Assembly: GCA_900317635.1 (NCBI GenBank)
Contig: ONHN01000012.1
Coordinates: 199-64,198 of the forward strand
Origin: an uncultured Prevotellaceae bacterium
GTDB lineage: Bacteria; Bacteroidota; Bacteroidia; Bacteroidales; Bacteroidaceae
Reading direction: 5' to 3'
DNA: 64,000 nt
Below, in pieces: positions 54,101 through 64,000 of this stretch (positions within the stretch are counted from its first letter, which is position 1; every line of letters starts with the position of its first letter). Made by a program: the position numbers and the translations under genes. The notes beneath the pieces were generated by a model. The model was not told the DNA's origin. It made no database searches and saw only the letters and a program-made list of their open reading frames with translations.

Positions 54101-57100
54101 TTAGTTTCTCTTGATAACAGCTTTGACGCTGGTGCCTTCAATGTCGAGCACGATGACGTCGGCGGGGAGATCTGTTGTCAGCACAAGCTCGTCGGCCAGC
54201 ACTTGCGCACTGATGTACGTGCTGAATGCTTCCACGGCATCGTGAACGGCGGGCACGTCCTCCAGTTGCACCTTGATGTGGTCGGTGATGTCGAACTGGG
54301 CTTCCTTGCGGAAGTTCTGGATGCGCTTCACGATTTCGCGCATGGTGCCTTCGCGCACGAGCTCGGGTGTCAGCGTGATGTCGAGGGCCACGGTGAGGTT
54401 GCCTTCGTTCATCACGCTCCAGCCTGGCAGGTCGAGGCTGACGATGTCAACGTCGGCACGTTCTACGACGGCTTCTTCGCCCTCAGCCATGAGCACAATG
54501 CTCTCCGCGCTTTCAAGTTGTGTAATCTGCTCTTGCGTCATGGCGCCGACGGCGGCGGCCACGGCTTTCATGCGCTTGCCAAACTTCTTACCCATCACGC
54601 GGAAGTTGCACTTCACCGTCTTTTGCAGCAAGCCGCTCTCGGCAAACTCCAGCTCCTTCACGTTCACCTCTTGCAGGATGAGCGAGCGGACGGCTTCGAT
54701 ATCCTCGCGCTGACGGGCGTCGGTTGTTGGAATGCTGATTTTCTGCAACGGCTTCATGGCCTTAATCTTCTCTTTCTTACGCAGCGATAGCACCATCGAG
54801 GTTATCTTCTGCGCCAGGTCCATGCGACGTTCCAGCTCGGCGTCGATGAGAGCGACGTTGGCTTTCGGATAGGCAGCGAGGTGTACGCTGCCGGCCTGTT
54901 CGCCGTCAACGGGGGCGTGCAAGTCGCGGTAGAGTTGGTCGGCATAGAAGGGAGCAATGGGAGCCATGAGGCGGCTGACGGTCTCGAGGCAAGCATAGAG
55001 CGTCTTGTAGGCCGAAAGCTTGTCGGCCGTATGTTCGCCCGCCCAGAAGCGTTTGCGGTTCAGGCGAACGTACCAGTTGGAGAGGTCGTCCGTCACGAAC
55101 TGCGCAATGAGGCGCCCTGCGCGCGTAGGCTCGTAGTCGTCAAGCGATTCGGTGACGGCCTTTACCAAGCTGTTGAGGCGCGAAAGCATCCAGCGGTCAA
55201 TCTCGGGCACATCGGCCTCAGCTACGTCGGCGGCAGGATTTGAGAAGCCGTCGACGTTGGCATACATGGCAAAGAACGAGTAGGTCTGATAGAGCTTGCC
55301 AAAGAAACCGCGCGAGGTTTCCACAACGCCTTCTTCGTCGAACTTCAGGTTGTCCCATGGTTGCGAATTGGTCATCATGTACCAGCGCACGGGGTCGCTG
55401 CCGTAGTTGTCGATGGCGGTGAAGGGGTCTATCACGTTGCCAATGCGCTTGGACATCTTAATGCCCTTCTTGTCGAGCACGAGGCCGTTGCTGATAACGT
55501 TTTTGAAGGCTACGCTGTCGAAGACCATCGTGCCGATAGCGTGGAGCGTATAGAACCAGCCGCGCGTTTGGTCAACGCCTTCGGCGATGAAGTCGGCGGG
55601 GAAGATGCGACCCGTCTCAAGGGCCTCTTTATTTTCGAAGGGATAGTGGGCTTGGGCGTAAGGCATAGCACCGCTGTCGAACCAAACGTCGATGAGGTCG
55701 GCCTCGCGGCGCATGGGGCGGCCCGTGGGCGAGGTGAGAATGATGTCGTCAACGTAGGGACGGTGCAGGTCTATCTTCTCGTAGTTCTCCTTGCTGTAGT
55801 CGCCAGGCACGAAGCCTTTCTCCTTGAGCGGGTTGGCGGCCATGTTGCCCGCCTTGACGCTCTCTTCGATAGCGTCGTAGAGTTCGGCGATGCTACCAAT
55901 GCAGCGCTCTTCGCCTTCATCGTTGCGCCAAATGGGCAGCGGCGTGCCCCAGAAGCGGCTACGGCTCAAGTTCCAGTCGTTGAGGTTTTCAAGCCATTTG
56001 CCAAAGCGACCCGTGCCTGTGCTTTCGGGCTTCCACTTGATGGTCTTGTTGAGCTCTATCATGCGCTCGCGCGCTGCCGTAGAGCGGATAAACCAGCTGT
56101 CGAGCGGATAGTAGAGCACGGGCTTGTCCGTGCGCCAACAGTGGGGGTAGCTGTGCACGTGCTTGGCGATGCTCCAGGCCAGTCCGCGCTGCTTCAGGTC
56201 CATACAGATGGTGACGTCGAGGGTTTCGTCGTCCTTCGTCAGCGTTTCGTCGTAGTCGTTCTTGACGTAGCGGCCAGCGTAGGGAGCGTAGCGTTCAACA
56301 TCGATATAGTCCTTAACGAAAGCCTCGTCAAGGTCTTCGAGGCGGAAGAAACGGCCTTGCAGGTCAACCATTGGGGCCGTCTTACCGGCCTTCGTCACCA
56401 TCATTAGCGGCGGAATGCCTGCTTTCTTGGCCACGAAGGCGTCGTCGGCACCAAAGGTGGGCGCAATGTGCACAATGCCCGTACCATCTTCCGTGCTGAC
56501 GTAGTCGCCTGGGATAACGCGGAAAGCGTCCTCACCGTAGGGCTTCACCCAAGGCAGGAGTTGCTCGTAGTGCATTCCCACGAGCTCAGTGCCTTTCCAC
56601 TCTCCCACCACTTGCCAGGGCAGCACCTTTGCTTGCGGATCGTAGGCCTCGAGAGGCTGATTTTCAGCTTCGGGTTTGAAGTAGCTACTCAGCAGTGCGC
56701 GTGCCATGACGACGGTCGTGGGCGTAGCGTTGTAGGGGTTGTAGGTGCGAACGGCTACGTAGTCAATTTTCGGGCCTACGCACAAGGCCGTGTTCGAGGG
56801 CAAGGTCCAGGGCGTTGTGGTCCAAGCTAAGAAGAAGGCTTCGCCCCACCCCTTCATCTCTTCTCGCGGGTCGAGGATGCGGAATTGCGCCGTCAGCGTG
56901 GTGTCTTTCACGTCGCGATAACAGCCCGGCAGATTCAGCTCGTGGCTCGAAAGGCCCGTACCGGCGGCGGGACTATAAGGCTGAATAGTGTATCCCTTAT
57001 AGAGCAGGTCTTTGTCGTAGAGCTGACGCAGGAGCCACCAGAGGGTTTCGATGTAGCAATTGTCGTAGGTGATGTAAGGATGCTCCATATCGGCCCAATA

Positions 57101-57517
57101 GCCCATTTTGCGCGTCAGGTCTTCCCACTCGCGCGTGTATTTCAGCACGCCGTTGCGGCAGGCAGCATTATAGTCGGCCACACTGATGGTGTTGCCTATA
57201 TCTTCTTTAGTAATGCCAAGTTCTTTCTCCACGCCGAGCTCCACGGGGAGTCCGTGCGTGTCCCAACCTGCTTTGCGCTCCACGCGGTAGCCTTGCATCG
57301 TTTTGTATCGGCAGATGAGGTCTTTCAGCGTGCGCGCCATGACGTGGTGTATGCCGGGATGTCCGTTGGCCGAAGGGGGGCCGTCGTAGAAGACGTAGTC
57401 GGGAGCACCGTCGCGCTCCTGAATGCTACGCCAAAAGACGTTCTCTTCTTCCCAACGCTCAAGAATTTCCTGGTTTGTCTTTGGCAGGTCTAAACTGCCG
57501 TGCTCTGTAAATTTCAT
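54101..57517 (-). CDS. ileS: Isoleucine--tRNA ligase (type 2)
   Basis: DGPPSANGHPGIHH, GWDTHGLPVE, WTTTPWTLP, DWNLSRSRFWGTP, EGVDQTRGWF, KMSKR; long type 2 C-terminus. Confidence 0.97.
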   Translation of the reverse strand: MKFTEHGSLDLPKTNQEILERWEEENVFWRSIQERDGAPDYVFYDGPPSANGHPGIHHVMARTLKDLICRYKTMQGYRVERKAGWDTHGLPVELGVEKELGITKEDIGNTISVADYNAACRNGVLKYTREWEDLTRKMGYWADMEHPYITYDNCYIETLWWLLRQLYDKDLLYKGYTIQPYSPAAGTGLSSHELNLPGCYRDVKDTTLTAQFRILDPREEMKGWGEAFFLAWTTTPWTLPSNTALCVGPKIDYVAVRTYNPYNATPTTVVMARALLSSYFKPEAENQPLEAYDPQAKVLPWQVVGEWKGTELVGMHYEQLLPWVKPYGEDAFRVIPGDYVSTEDGTGIVHIAPTFGADDAFVAKKAGIPPLMMVTKAGKTAPMVDLQGRFFRLEDLDEAFVKDYIDVERYAPYAGRYVKNDYDETLTKDDETLDVTICMDLKQRGLAWSIAKHVHSYPHCWRTDKPVLYYPLDSWFIRSTAARERMIELNKTIKWKPESTGTGRFGKWLENLNDWNLSRSRFWGTPLPIWRNDEGEERCIGSIAELYDAIEESVKAGNMAANPLKEKGFVPGDYSKENYEKIDLHRPYVDDIILTSPTGRPMRREADLIDVWFDSGAMPYAQAHYPFENKEALETGRIFPADFIAEGVDQTRGWFYTLHAIGTMVFDSVAFKNVISNGLVLDKKGIKMSKRIGNVIDPFTAIDNYGSDPVRWYMMTNSQPWDNLKFDEEGVVETSRGFFGKLYQTYSFFAMYANVDGFSNPAADVAEADVPEIDRWMLSRLNSLVKAVTESLDDYEPTRAGRLIAQFVTDDLSNWYVRLNRKRFWAGEHTADKLSAYKTLYACLETVSRLMAPIAPFYADQLYRDLHAPVDGEQAGSVHLAAYPKANVALIDAELERRMDLAQKITSMVLSLRKKEKIKAMKPLQKISIPTTDARQREDIEAVRSLILQEVNVKELEFAESGLLQKTVKCNFRVMGKKFGKRMKAVAAAVGAMTQEQITQLESAESIVLMAEGEEAVVERADVDIVSLDLPGWSVMNEGNLTVALDITLTPELVREGTMREIVKRIQNFRKEAQFDITDHIKVQLEDVPAVHDAVEAFSTYISAQVLADELVLTTDLPADVIVLDIEGTSVKAVIKRN

Positions 57518-57790
57518 ATCGTTACGTCTGCCGCTTGTTGGCGGCATCTATGTTTGTTTCGTTATATAGCTTAGGGTATTTTGGCGTGCAAATTTAGTCT
57601 ATTCTAATGGGAAGAGCAAACGTTTGGCTGATTTTGTTGCGATAGGCGAACTGTGTAGGGATAAAATACAAGTGCCGCAACCACAACTTAGCAGGAGGGT
57701 TGACAGCCTTTCGCGCCAGCACAAGGTTATATTCGCGCAATGAAAAGACGTTTTTCCTATTGGCTTTTAATGTTTTCCGCTGTTGCTTTC

Positions 57791-57990
57791 AAGTTTTACT
57801 TAAAACCTTCGAAGTTTCATCATGGAGCCATCAAGTTATAAATCTCGGCGGGAAATGTACATAACACGGCGGGAAATATACATATTCTCGGCGCGTGATG
57901 TATATTTCTCGGCGGGATTTATAACTTCATGAGCCGTGCGCTAAACTTCGTGGCCTGCCGAAAAATAATAGAGGCTTCCGAAGAAAACTC
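57791..57990. repeat. Family C symmetric element on a 21-bp lattice, copy 2
   Basis: AAGTT at 57791/57812/57833; CGGCG at 57846/57867/57889/57910; AACTT at 57923/57944 and AACTC at 57986. Confidence 0.85.
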
Positions 57991-58094
57991 CGAAAGCCTC
58001 AAACATAGGTTTATGAAAACATGAAAAAACGCTGCTTAAGCTCTCACGAACGTTGCGGCGCATTGGGATAGTTGCTCCTATTGGGCAGAAGGCG

Positions 58095-58511
58095 CTACTT
58101 CAATTCAGCAAAGAAGAAGAGCCAGGCGGCCACGACGGGTTTCACGCCGCGTGCATAACCTACGCAGCGGTTGTTGCTGTCGCGCACGGTGCCGTCGCTA
58201 TGTATCCGGCCGAGGTTGCGGTTGCTGCTGTCGCGCACGGTGCCGTCGCCACTGACGCGGCCAAGCAAGGCGTTGCTGGCTGAACGGATGTCGCCACTGC
58301 TTGAGAGCTGGGCGATGCTGACGTTGTTGGTTCCACGCACGCGCCCGTCGCTACTTATCTTGGCTACCAACTGATTGTTGGCACCCCGCACGGTGCCGTC
58401 GGACGATAGCGTGGCAATCAAGCTATTGCTGCTGTTGCGAATGTCCTGCGCAGCGGCTTGCACTGCAAGGAGACTACAAAAGAGGAAGAGGAAAGAGAAG
58501 AGGTGCTTCAT
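58095..58511 (-). CDS. Exported 17-aa repeat protein (beta-flower-like)
   Basis: Signal peptide, six repeats of the form DGTVRDSSNRNLGRIHS, C-terminal hydrophobic helix. Confidence 0.8.
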   Translation of the reverse strand: MKHLFSFLFLFCSLLAVQAAAQDIRNSSNSLIATLSSDGTVRGANNQLVAKISSDGRVRGTNNVSIAQLSSSGDIRSASNALLGRVSGDGTVRDSSNRNLGRIHSDGTVRDSNNRCVGYARGVKPVVAAWLFFFAELK

Positions 58512-58774
58512 GGCTTAAGTGGGGGTGTCGTTTAGGTGCGTTGCCACGCTTTCGTGCGTGCTTTGTCCTTTAGACGGGGAAAAAGGCGAAAAGTTTAATC
58601 GGTGCTTGAAAAAAAATTCGCGCTGCGTTGCTTCATCCTTATTAAAAGCCGATAAGCACTTCTGCCGCAGGCAAGACGCCTGCGTCCCATGCTTGCTTTG
58701 CCCTTGTCGTTCAGCATGTTGCCTTGTCATGGCAACCCCAGTGCCAACGCAACGATGGCAATAGCGCAAGAAGC

Positions 58775-59638
58775 CTACAGGCCCTGTTCGTACTCGTCCA
58801 GCGCGCGGCGCATCGTGAGGCGCCCTACGCGGATAATGCGTTTGGCCTGCTCGTAAGCGTCCCAGCCCACAAAGCGGTTGGCGGGAATGGTGCAGAGCAC
58901 GTCGGGCGGTGTGAGGCGCAGCGAGAGGATGGTGTGGCGCTGAATTTGGGTTTGTATGGTTTGCGAAAGGATGGTGTAGTAGTTGGCGGGCGTGTACTCG
59001 TCGTCGGGCAGCACGCGGCGCAGGAGGCTGGGCAGGGCTTTGCGCCGCAGTTCGCGCACGCGCTGGCGGCGGCGGTCGAGCTCTTCGTCGGGCGGTGCAC
59101 TGACGTTGACGGCCACGAGCAAATCGCCCTCCTTACGGCTCACCCTGTTGAGGGGGAGCGGATTGGTTATGCCGCCGTCAACGAGCAACATCGTGCGCGT
59201 GCGCAGCGGACTGAAATACGTAGGGATAGCGATTGAAGCGCGAATGGCGGCATAGAGGCTGCCACGGTCGAACACCACTTCGCGCCCGTGTTGCAGGTCG
59301 GTAGCTATGGCACAAAAGGGTATGGACATCGACTCAATGCGCTGGTCGGGCAAAATGTCGAGCAGGGCATTGATGATGCGCTCGCCCTTCACGATGTGGG
59401 AAACGCTGAGGCTGAAGTCGGTCATACGCAACAGGCGCGCACGGTCGGTCTCCAGCATCCATTGCTTCACCTGCTCCAGCCCGCCCGCAGCATAAACCCC
59501 ACCAATGAGAGCTCCCATTGATGTACCCGCCACGGACGTGATGCGATAGCCACGCGCCTCGAGCTCTTCGATAGCTCCTATATGCGCATAACCACGCGCC
59601 CCGCCGCTTGAAAGGACTAAAGCAACATCGCGTTTCAT
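58775..59638 (-). CDS. Patatin-like phospholipase
   Basis: SSGGARG, GTSMG, ASIAIP, DGG motifs. Confidence 0.92.
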   Translation of the reverse strand: MKRDVALVLSSGGARGYAHIGAIEELEARGYRITSVAGTSMGALIGGVYAAGGLEQVKQWMLETDRARLLRMTDFSLSVSHIVKGERIINALLDILPDQRIESMSIPFCAIATDLQHGREVVFDRGSLYAAIRASIAIPTYFSPLRTRTMLLVDGGITNPLPLNRVSRKEGDLLVAVNVSAPPDEELDRRRQRVRELRRKALPSLLRRVLPDDEYTPANYYTILSQTIQTQIQRHTILSLRLTPPDVLCTIPANRFVGWDAYEQAKRIIRVGRLTMRRALDEYEQGL

Positions 59639-59730
59639 AGGTGTGACGAGTGAGGAGAAGCCCCTCTCTCCCCCTGCCCCCTCTCCACTAAAGGGCGAGG
59701 AGGGAGTAGTTACTAATAACGTAAAGGTAA

Positions 59731-59816
59731 AAGTGACAAGTGACGAGTGACAAGTTGCAGCCGCGCTTGTTAGGGCGTAGCCTAACTCGTCACTTATCAC
59801 TCGTAGCTCGTCACTT
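59731..59816. repeat. Family A element (core inverted)
   Basis: GTGACAA/GTGACGA arm; reverse complement of 59753-59782 is GGCTACGCCCTAACAAGCGCGGCTGCAACT; TCGTCAC arm. Confidence 0.85.
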
Positions 59817-59821
59817 CATAT

Positions 59822-60826
59822 TTAATATACCAAACGTACGTTGTCAACCCAAAGCGTATTGCCCACGCTACCAACGTAGGCACCGCCGTGGCTGCTGTCG
59901 AACTGCAGGCAAAGGTGCGTGGGTTCATCGTCGGCGGAACCCCAACCTACTTCCTTGATAGGTTTCATCTGTCCCTTGCTGTTCTTGGCATAACGAACGA
60001 CGTGGTTCAAGCCCATATAGCTTTGGTAGAAAGGCTGCTTGGTGATGTCGCCGTAGTTAATCGTAAACTTCTTATTACTAAGGAAACCGCAACCCTTATT
60101 AAAGCGTTGCACCATCGTGCCAACGCGCTTGGCGAAGATGTTGCCGTTAGCGTCCTCCCAGCGCTTCTGCAGGAGCAGGATGCAGTCGGGCATGTCCATG
60201 CCAGCCACGGTCGATGGGCTACCGAAACCCGTTTGCTTCACGCGGTTCTTCTTTCCGCTGAGCTTCACGGCGTAGTCGAACATAATGGCCTTGGGCTTCT
60301 TGGTGAAGGGTATGCCGTAGTTGAGCTTCATCATGGGGTCCTTCGTGTCGGTAATGGGTTCGAGCATCTGACCGAGGAACAGGCTGCCGGCAGCCAGCAC
60401 TTTGATGTTGATAACGCCTAAAACCGACACCTCCTCAAGGTGCGTGAAGAGTTGTGCGCAATAGCCGTGACCCGAACGGGGCGTGCGATAGACGGAGACG
60501 TTGGTCTTGGTGATACCGCTCACCTGTGCCAGCACGTTACTCGTAGCCCAGGGCGTGCCGCCCATGCCGCGAAACGGCTTAGCACCATTGATGGTCTGGG
60601 TAGGCCCGATGGCCCACACGGTTTTTGTTTTACCGCCAATAACGCCGCTCTCTTTGATGTTGCGCGTAATCCATTGGTCGAAGTTGCCATAGTTAATATA
60701 CTCAACAATGTCGCCCGTTTTCTCGTCAATGCCGTAGCTTTCGAGGAATTCGGGTGCGAGAGGCAACGCGCTGGCACTGCCCACGCAAAGGGCAGCAGCA
60801 GCAAGGAAAATGTTACGTTTGTTCAT
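59822..60826 (-). CDS. PCMD (putative carbohydrate metabolism domain) exported protein
   Basis: Signal peptide; WATSN, AAGSLFLG, GIPFTKKP, PTHLCLQFDSSHGGAYVGSVGNTLWVDNVRLVY. Confidence 0.8.
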   Translation of the reverse strand: MNKRNIFLAAAALCVGSASALPLAPEFLESYGIDEKTGDIVEYINYGNFDQWITRNIKESGVIGGKTKTVWAIGPTQTINGAKPFRGMGGTPWATSNVLAQVSGITKTNVSVYRTPRSGHGYCAQLFTHLEEVSVLGVINIKVLAAGSLFLGQMLEPITDTKDPMMKLNYGIPFTKKPKAIMFDYAVKLSGKKNRVKQTGFGSPSTVAGMDMPDCILLLQKRWEDANGNIFAKRVGTMVQRFNKGCGFLSNKKFTINYGDITKQPFYQSYMGLNHVVRYAKNSKGQMKPIKEVGWGSADDEPTHLCLQFDSSHGGAYVGSVGNTLWVDNVRLVY

Positions 60827-61000
60827 TTTTTTATGTGATAAATAGATGTTTCGAAAAGGTCGTTTTGCCCTTAAACGGCGCGAATTTAGCAAACATTCAG
60901 CAGAAGCTAACGTTTTTCGTGTTAATTTCTGAAAAAAACAGCTAACTTCGCAGCGCAAACACCGCCGTTGCGGTTTAGACTTACAAAAATACACGTTTTT

Positions 61001-62164
61001 ATGAGAAAGAATTTACTCTCCGCGATAGCTTTTTGCTTCGCTTTCATCGGGGCAAAGGCCGAAGTGTCCGACCCCGCCACTACGCCCACCGACAGCGTCC
61101 CCACCCTTCAGCAGCCTGCCGACGAGCCACAGCCTGAGACAGAGAAGAAACCCACAACGTGGCAAAAGATCGTGCAGACCGTTGACCCCACCATTAAGTT
61201 TGGCGGCTACATCATGACGCAGTTCACGGCCACCGACCAAAAGGACTACACGCCCCATGCCAACTTCAACCTTCGCCTGATACGCTTGAGCGTGCAAGGC
61301 ACGGTCTTCAAGGACTTCTTCTATCGCTTGCAGATGGAGGTGAACGGCCAACCAGGCGAGGACAAGGGTCCGCGCGTGATAGACGCCTTCGTCGAGTGGC
61401 AACGCTTCAAGGAGCTGCGCGTGAAGCTTGGTGAGTTCAAGCGTCCGTTTGGCTTTGAGAACCCCATGGCACCGCTCACCGTGGGCCATGGTGCCTACTC
61501 GCAAGCTACGACGAAGTTCCTCTTCAACGACCGCTGCGGTGCCCACAGCACGGGCGGGCGCGACGTGGGCATACAGTTGCAGGGCGACTTCTTCCCCGCT
61601 GCCGACGGCCACCGCTGGCTGCACTACCAGGTCGGCTTCTTCAACGGCCAAGGCATCAACCACAGCGACAAAGACAACTTCAAGGACCTCATTGGCGGTT
61701 TGTGGGTTAGCCCCGTCGACAAGTTGCGCATCGGTGCCTTCGGTTGGAACGGCAAATATACAAACGAGAAATACGATGCCACGAACCCCCTACACGTAAA
61801 GCAAGTGCGCCGCGTGCGCTGGGGCGTTGGCCTTGACTATGCAGCCGACTGGGTTTGCCGCGCCGAATACTACAGCAGCGTGGGCGGCGTTGTGACCGAC
61901 GTCACCAAGCCCGACCGCAGCGACACGTGGTATGCCACGGTAGGCGTGCCCGTTTGTAAGGGCCTCAAGATTTACGCCAAGTGGGACTGCTATCGCGACA
62001 ACCGCCAATGGAACTCGCTGAAGCAAATCTACGGCATCAGCGGCAACTACTGGCTGGGCAAGCACCTGCTCTTTCAGGCAAACTACAACTTCTATAACGA
62101 CCGCTCCTACGCCCCCGACAGGTACTACAGCCAGTTCGACCTACAAATCAGTGCCAGCTTCTAA
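61001..62164 (+). CDS. Outer membrane porin (OprO/OprP-like)
   Basis: Signal peptide; FNLRLIRL, IDAFVEW, GEFKRPFGFEN, GRDVG; C-terminal Phe. Confidence 0.82.
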   Translation: MRKNLLSAIAFCFAFIGAKAEVSDPATTPTDSVPTLQQPADEPQPETEKKPTTWQKIVQTVDPTIKFGGYIMTQFTATDQKDYTPHANFNLRLIRLSVQGTVFKDFFYRLQMEVNGQPGEDKGPRVIDAFVEWQRFKELRVKLGEFKRPFGFENPMAPLTVGHGAYSQATTKFLFNDRCGAHSTGGRDVGIQLQGDFFPAADGHRWLHYQVGFFNGQGINHSDKDNFKDLIGGLWVSPVDKLRIGAFGWNGKYTNEKYDATNPLHVKQVRRVRWGVGLDYAADWVCRAEYYSSVGGVVTDVTKPDRSDTWYATVGVPVCKGLKIYAKWDCYRDNRQWNSLKQIYGISGNYWLGKHLLFQANYNFYNDRSYAPDRYYSQFDLQISASF

Positions 62165-62198
62165 GCCGACGCTGAGGAGAGAAAGATTGACAATGCGC

Positions 62199-62241
62199 AC
62201 CGCCGCCTGCCACGTAAGACTGAAGCGTAGCAGGCGGCGGT
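62199..62241 (+). terminator. Hairpin after the porin gene
   Basis: ACCGCCGCCTGC...GCAGGCGGCGGT stem; no clear U tract. Confidence 0.5.
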
Positions 62242-62347
62242 AGCTATGAAGGCGCATCACCATCGCACAATGTTCGGTTTGTAGGCCGCAGGTTTCGCCG
62301 TTCGCAAACTTTCCATTACCTTAGCACCCTAAAAAAGGAACAAAGCT

Positions 62348-62896
62348 ATGAACAACGAAGAAACATACACGCAGTCGAACTTTGGCTGCTTCTCGTTTTT
62401 GATGATGCTCCTCGTCATCGTTGGAGGCGTGGCGCTGCTGCGCTTTTTCATGAACAAAGGCCCAAAGCGCGAGCCCGTCAAACCTGAAACGGAAGAGGTG
62501 CAGGTCGTTGACTCAGTCGTCGCCGTTGACGACTACACCTCCAACGTTGACCTTGACAGCTTAGCCGAAAAGGTTCGCCGCGACAACGCACGCATGGACT
62601 CAATCCAAAAAGCATTGGAATATGCCTATAAGGTGAAGACAGGAAAGCTGCCTGCCAACGATGCTAAAACCAAGGCTTCCCCAGCTCCAGCCCCCTCGCG
62701 CTCGCGCGCATCGAGTGCCAACAGCGACGGCTTCTTTGCAGGCTACTACGACGGCTATGAGGACGGCATGGAAGAAGAACACGGTGCCACCTACAACCCG
62801 CATCGCGGTAGCGGCAGCGACTATCGCGCCGGCTACGACGAAGGCTACGAACGCGGTTTTGAAGACGGCCTGGAAGAAGTGGCACGAAGATACTAA
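62348..62896 (+). CDS. Hypothetical membrane-anchored protein with C-terminal GxxxG/Tyr repeats
   Basis: N-terminal TM; GFFAGYYDGYEDG and YRAGYDEGYERGFEDG. Confidence 0.75.
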   Translation: MNNEETYTQSNFGCFSFLMMLLVIVGGVALLRFFMNKGPKREPVKPETEEVQVVDSVVAVDDYTSNVDLDSLAEKVRRDNARMDSIQKALEYAYKVKTGKLPANDAKTKASPAPAPSRSRASSANSDGFFAGYYDGYEDGMEEEHGATYNPHRGSGSDYRAGYDEGYERGFEDGLEEVARRY

Positions 62897-62898
62897 CT

Positions 62899-64000
62899 AT
62901 GAGCCGACAGATAGAACTCCTCGCCCCTGCGCGCGACCTGCAGACTGGCGCAGAAGCCATCCTGCACGGAGCCGATGCCGTCTATATCGGTGCCCAACAG
63001 TTTGGAGCGCGCAGCGAAGCTGGCAACAGCGTGGCGGACATAGAGCAACTCTGCCTCTTTGCCCACCGCTACGCCGCCCGCGTGTACGTCACGGTCAACA
63101 CCATCCTCTTCGACAACGAACTCCCAGCCGCCGAAAAGCTGATATGGGCACTGTGGGACGCGGGCGTCGATGCGCTCATCGTGCAAGACATGGCCCTGCT
63201 CCACCTCAATCTTCCGCCCATTCCCCTGCACGCTTCTACGCAGACCGACCTGCGCACGCCCGAACGCGCCAAGTGGCTGGCGGCCTGCGGCTTCGAGCAG
63301 TTAGTCGTGGCGCGCGAATTGTCATTAGATGAAATACGCGCCATCGCCGCAGCTACCGATGCAAAGATAGAAGCTTTCTGCCACGGCGCACTCTGCGTCA
63401 GCTACAGCGGACGCTGCTACGCCTCGCAAGAGAACTTCCATCGCAGTGCCAACCGCGGGCGGTGCGCCCAATTCTGCCGCCTGCCCATGCGCCTCGTGGA
63501 TAGTGGCGGCACGGAAATTCCTTGTGGCGGAGCCCACCCTTTGAGCCTGGCCGACATGAACCGCAGCGGCAGCCTGCGTGAGATGCTCGACGCGGGCGTG
63601 ACGTCGCTGAAGATTGAGGGACGACTGAAGGACACGGCTTACGTCAAGAACATCACGGCCTTCTATAGCCAACACCTCGATGAGATTTGCCGCCAAAGCA
63701 ACGGACAATACATGCGCGCCAGCATCGGACGGAGCAACATCAGTTTCACGCCCGACCCGCATAAAAGTTTCAACCGTGGATTTACAGAGTACTTCCTGCA
63801 CGGACGTACAGCCGATGTCCTGAGTCCTGCCACGCCTAAATCGCGAGGCGAAGAAATTGGGCACATACGCCAAGCTGAGGGCAACCGAATCACCATCGAT
63901 ACCGCTGCCCACGACCTGCAAGCTGGCGACGGGCTCTGCTTCTTCAGCAACGCAACCAAGAGCGTGGAGGGAGCCTTAGTGAACCGCGTAGAGGGGAGTA
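62899..64000 (+). CDS. U32 family protein (RNA hydroxylase-like), truncated by the window end
   Basis: Read directly from the sequence (absent from the ORF track): MSRQIELLAPARD...GADAVYIG...HASTQ...HGALCVSYSGRCY...NRGRCAQFCR...SLKIEGR. Confidence 0.9.
   Translation, partial: MSRQIELLAPARDLQTGAEAILHGADAVYIGAQQFGARSEAGNSVADIEQLCLFAHRYAARVYVTVNTILFDNELPAAEKLIWALWDAGVDALIVQDMALLHLNLPPIPLHASTQTDLRTPERAKWLAACGFEQLVVARELSLDEIRAIAAATDAKIEAFCHGALCVSYSGRCYASQENFHRSANRGRCAQFCRLPMRLVDSGGTEIPCGGAHPLSLADMNRSGSLREMLDAGVTSLKIEGRLKDTAYVKNITAFYSQHLDEICRQSNGQYMRASIGRSNISFTPDPHKSFNRGFTEYFLHGRTADVLSPATPKSRGEEIGHIRQAEGNRITIDTAAHDLQAGDGLCFFSNATKSVEGALVNRVEGS

Noticed and set aside
59657-59708. CCCTCTCC/GGAGGG purine-pyrimidine palindrome before the patatin gene
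   Set aside because: Short and degenerate. It may be a REP remnant but is too weak to assign to a family.

Overview
This is chromosomal DNA from a Bacteroidota bacterium, most likely Prevotellaceae (Prevotella/Alloprevotella-like). The evidence is the many TAnnTTTG -7 promoter boxes, the Bacteroidales gene orders ftsY-rimO-HU-HU and ileS-dksA-lspA-DUF4296, and a T9SS-type C-terminal tail on a GH89. There are about 61 CDSs. Most are housekeeping (luxS, rimO, ftsY, rlmH, nadC, cdd, rarA, nagA/B, eno, clpC, galMPK, ileS, lspA). Two AraC-linked accessory cassettes are present: esterase plus amidohydrolase, and NTF2/SDR/acetyltransferase/flavodoxin/AKR. There is also a stand-alone cytochrome c maturation pair. 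I found no rRNA, tRNA, cas, integrase, transposase or reverse transcriptase genes. The least explained signal is non-coding: at least five families of structured intergenic elements. These are two symmetric elements on a 21-bp lattice, five copies of a heptamer-armed element with a conserved ~32-bp core, two copies of a GGAGTTAA element with a compensatory base change, REP/REPIN-like palindromes, and a 22-bp palindrome array. A single 34-bp repeat/32-bp spacer/34-bp repeat unit also occurs. Notable proteins are an HU-linker-TM-SPOR protein, an IleRS with a GIHH signature motif, and a 17-aa-repeat beta-flower-like protein. All family assignments come from motif recognition by eye; no database searches were run.
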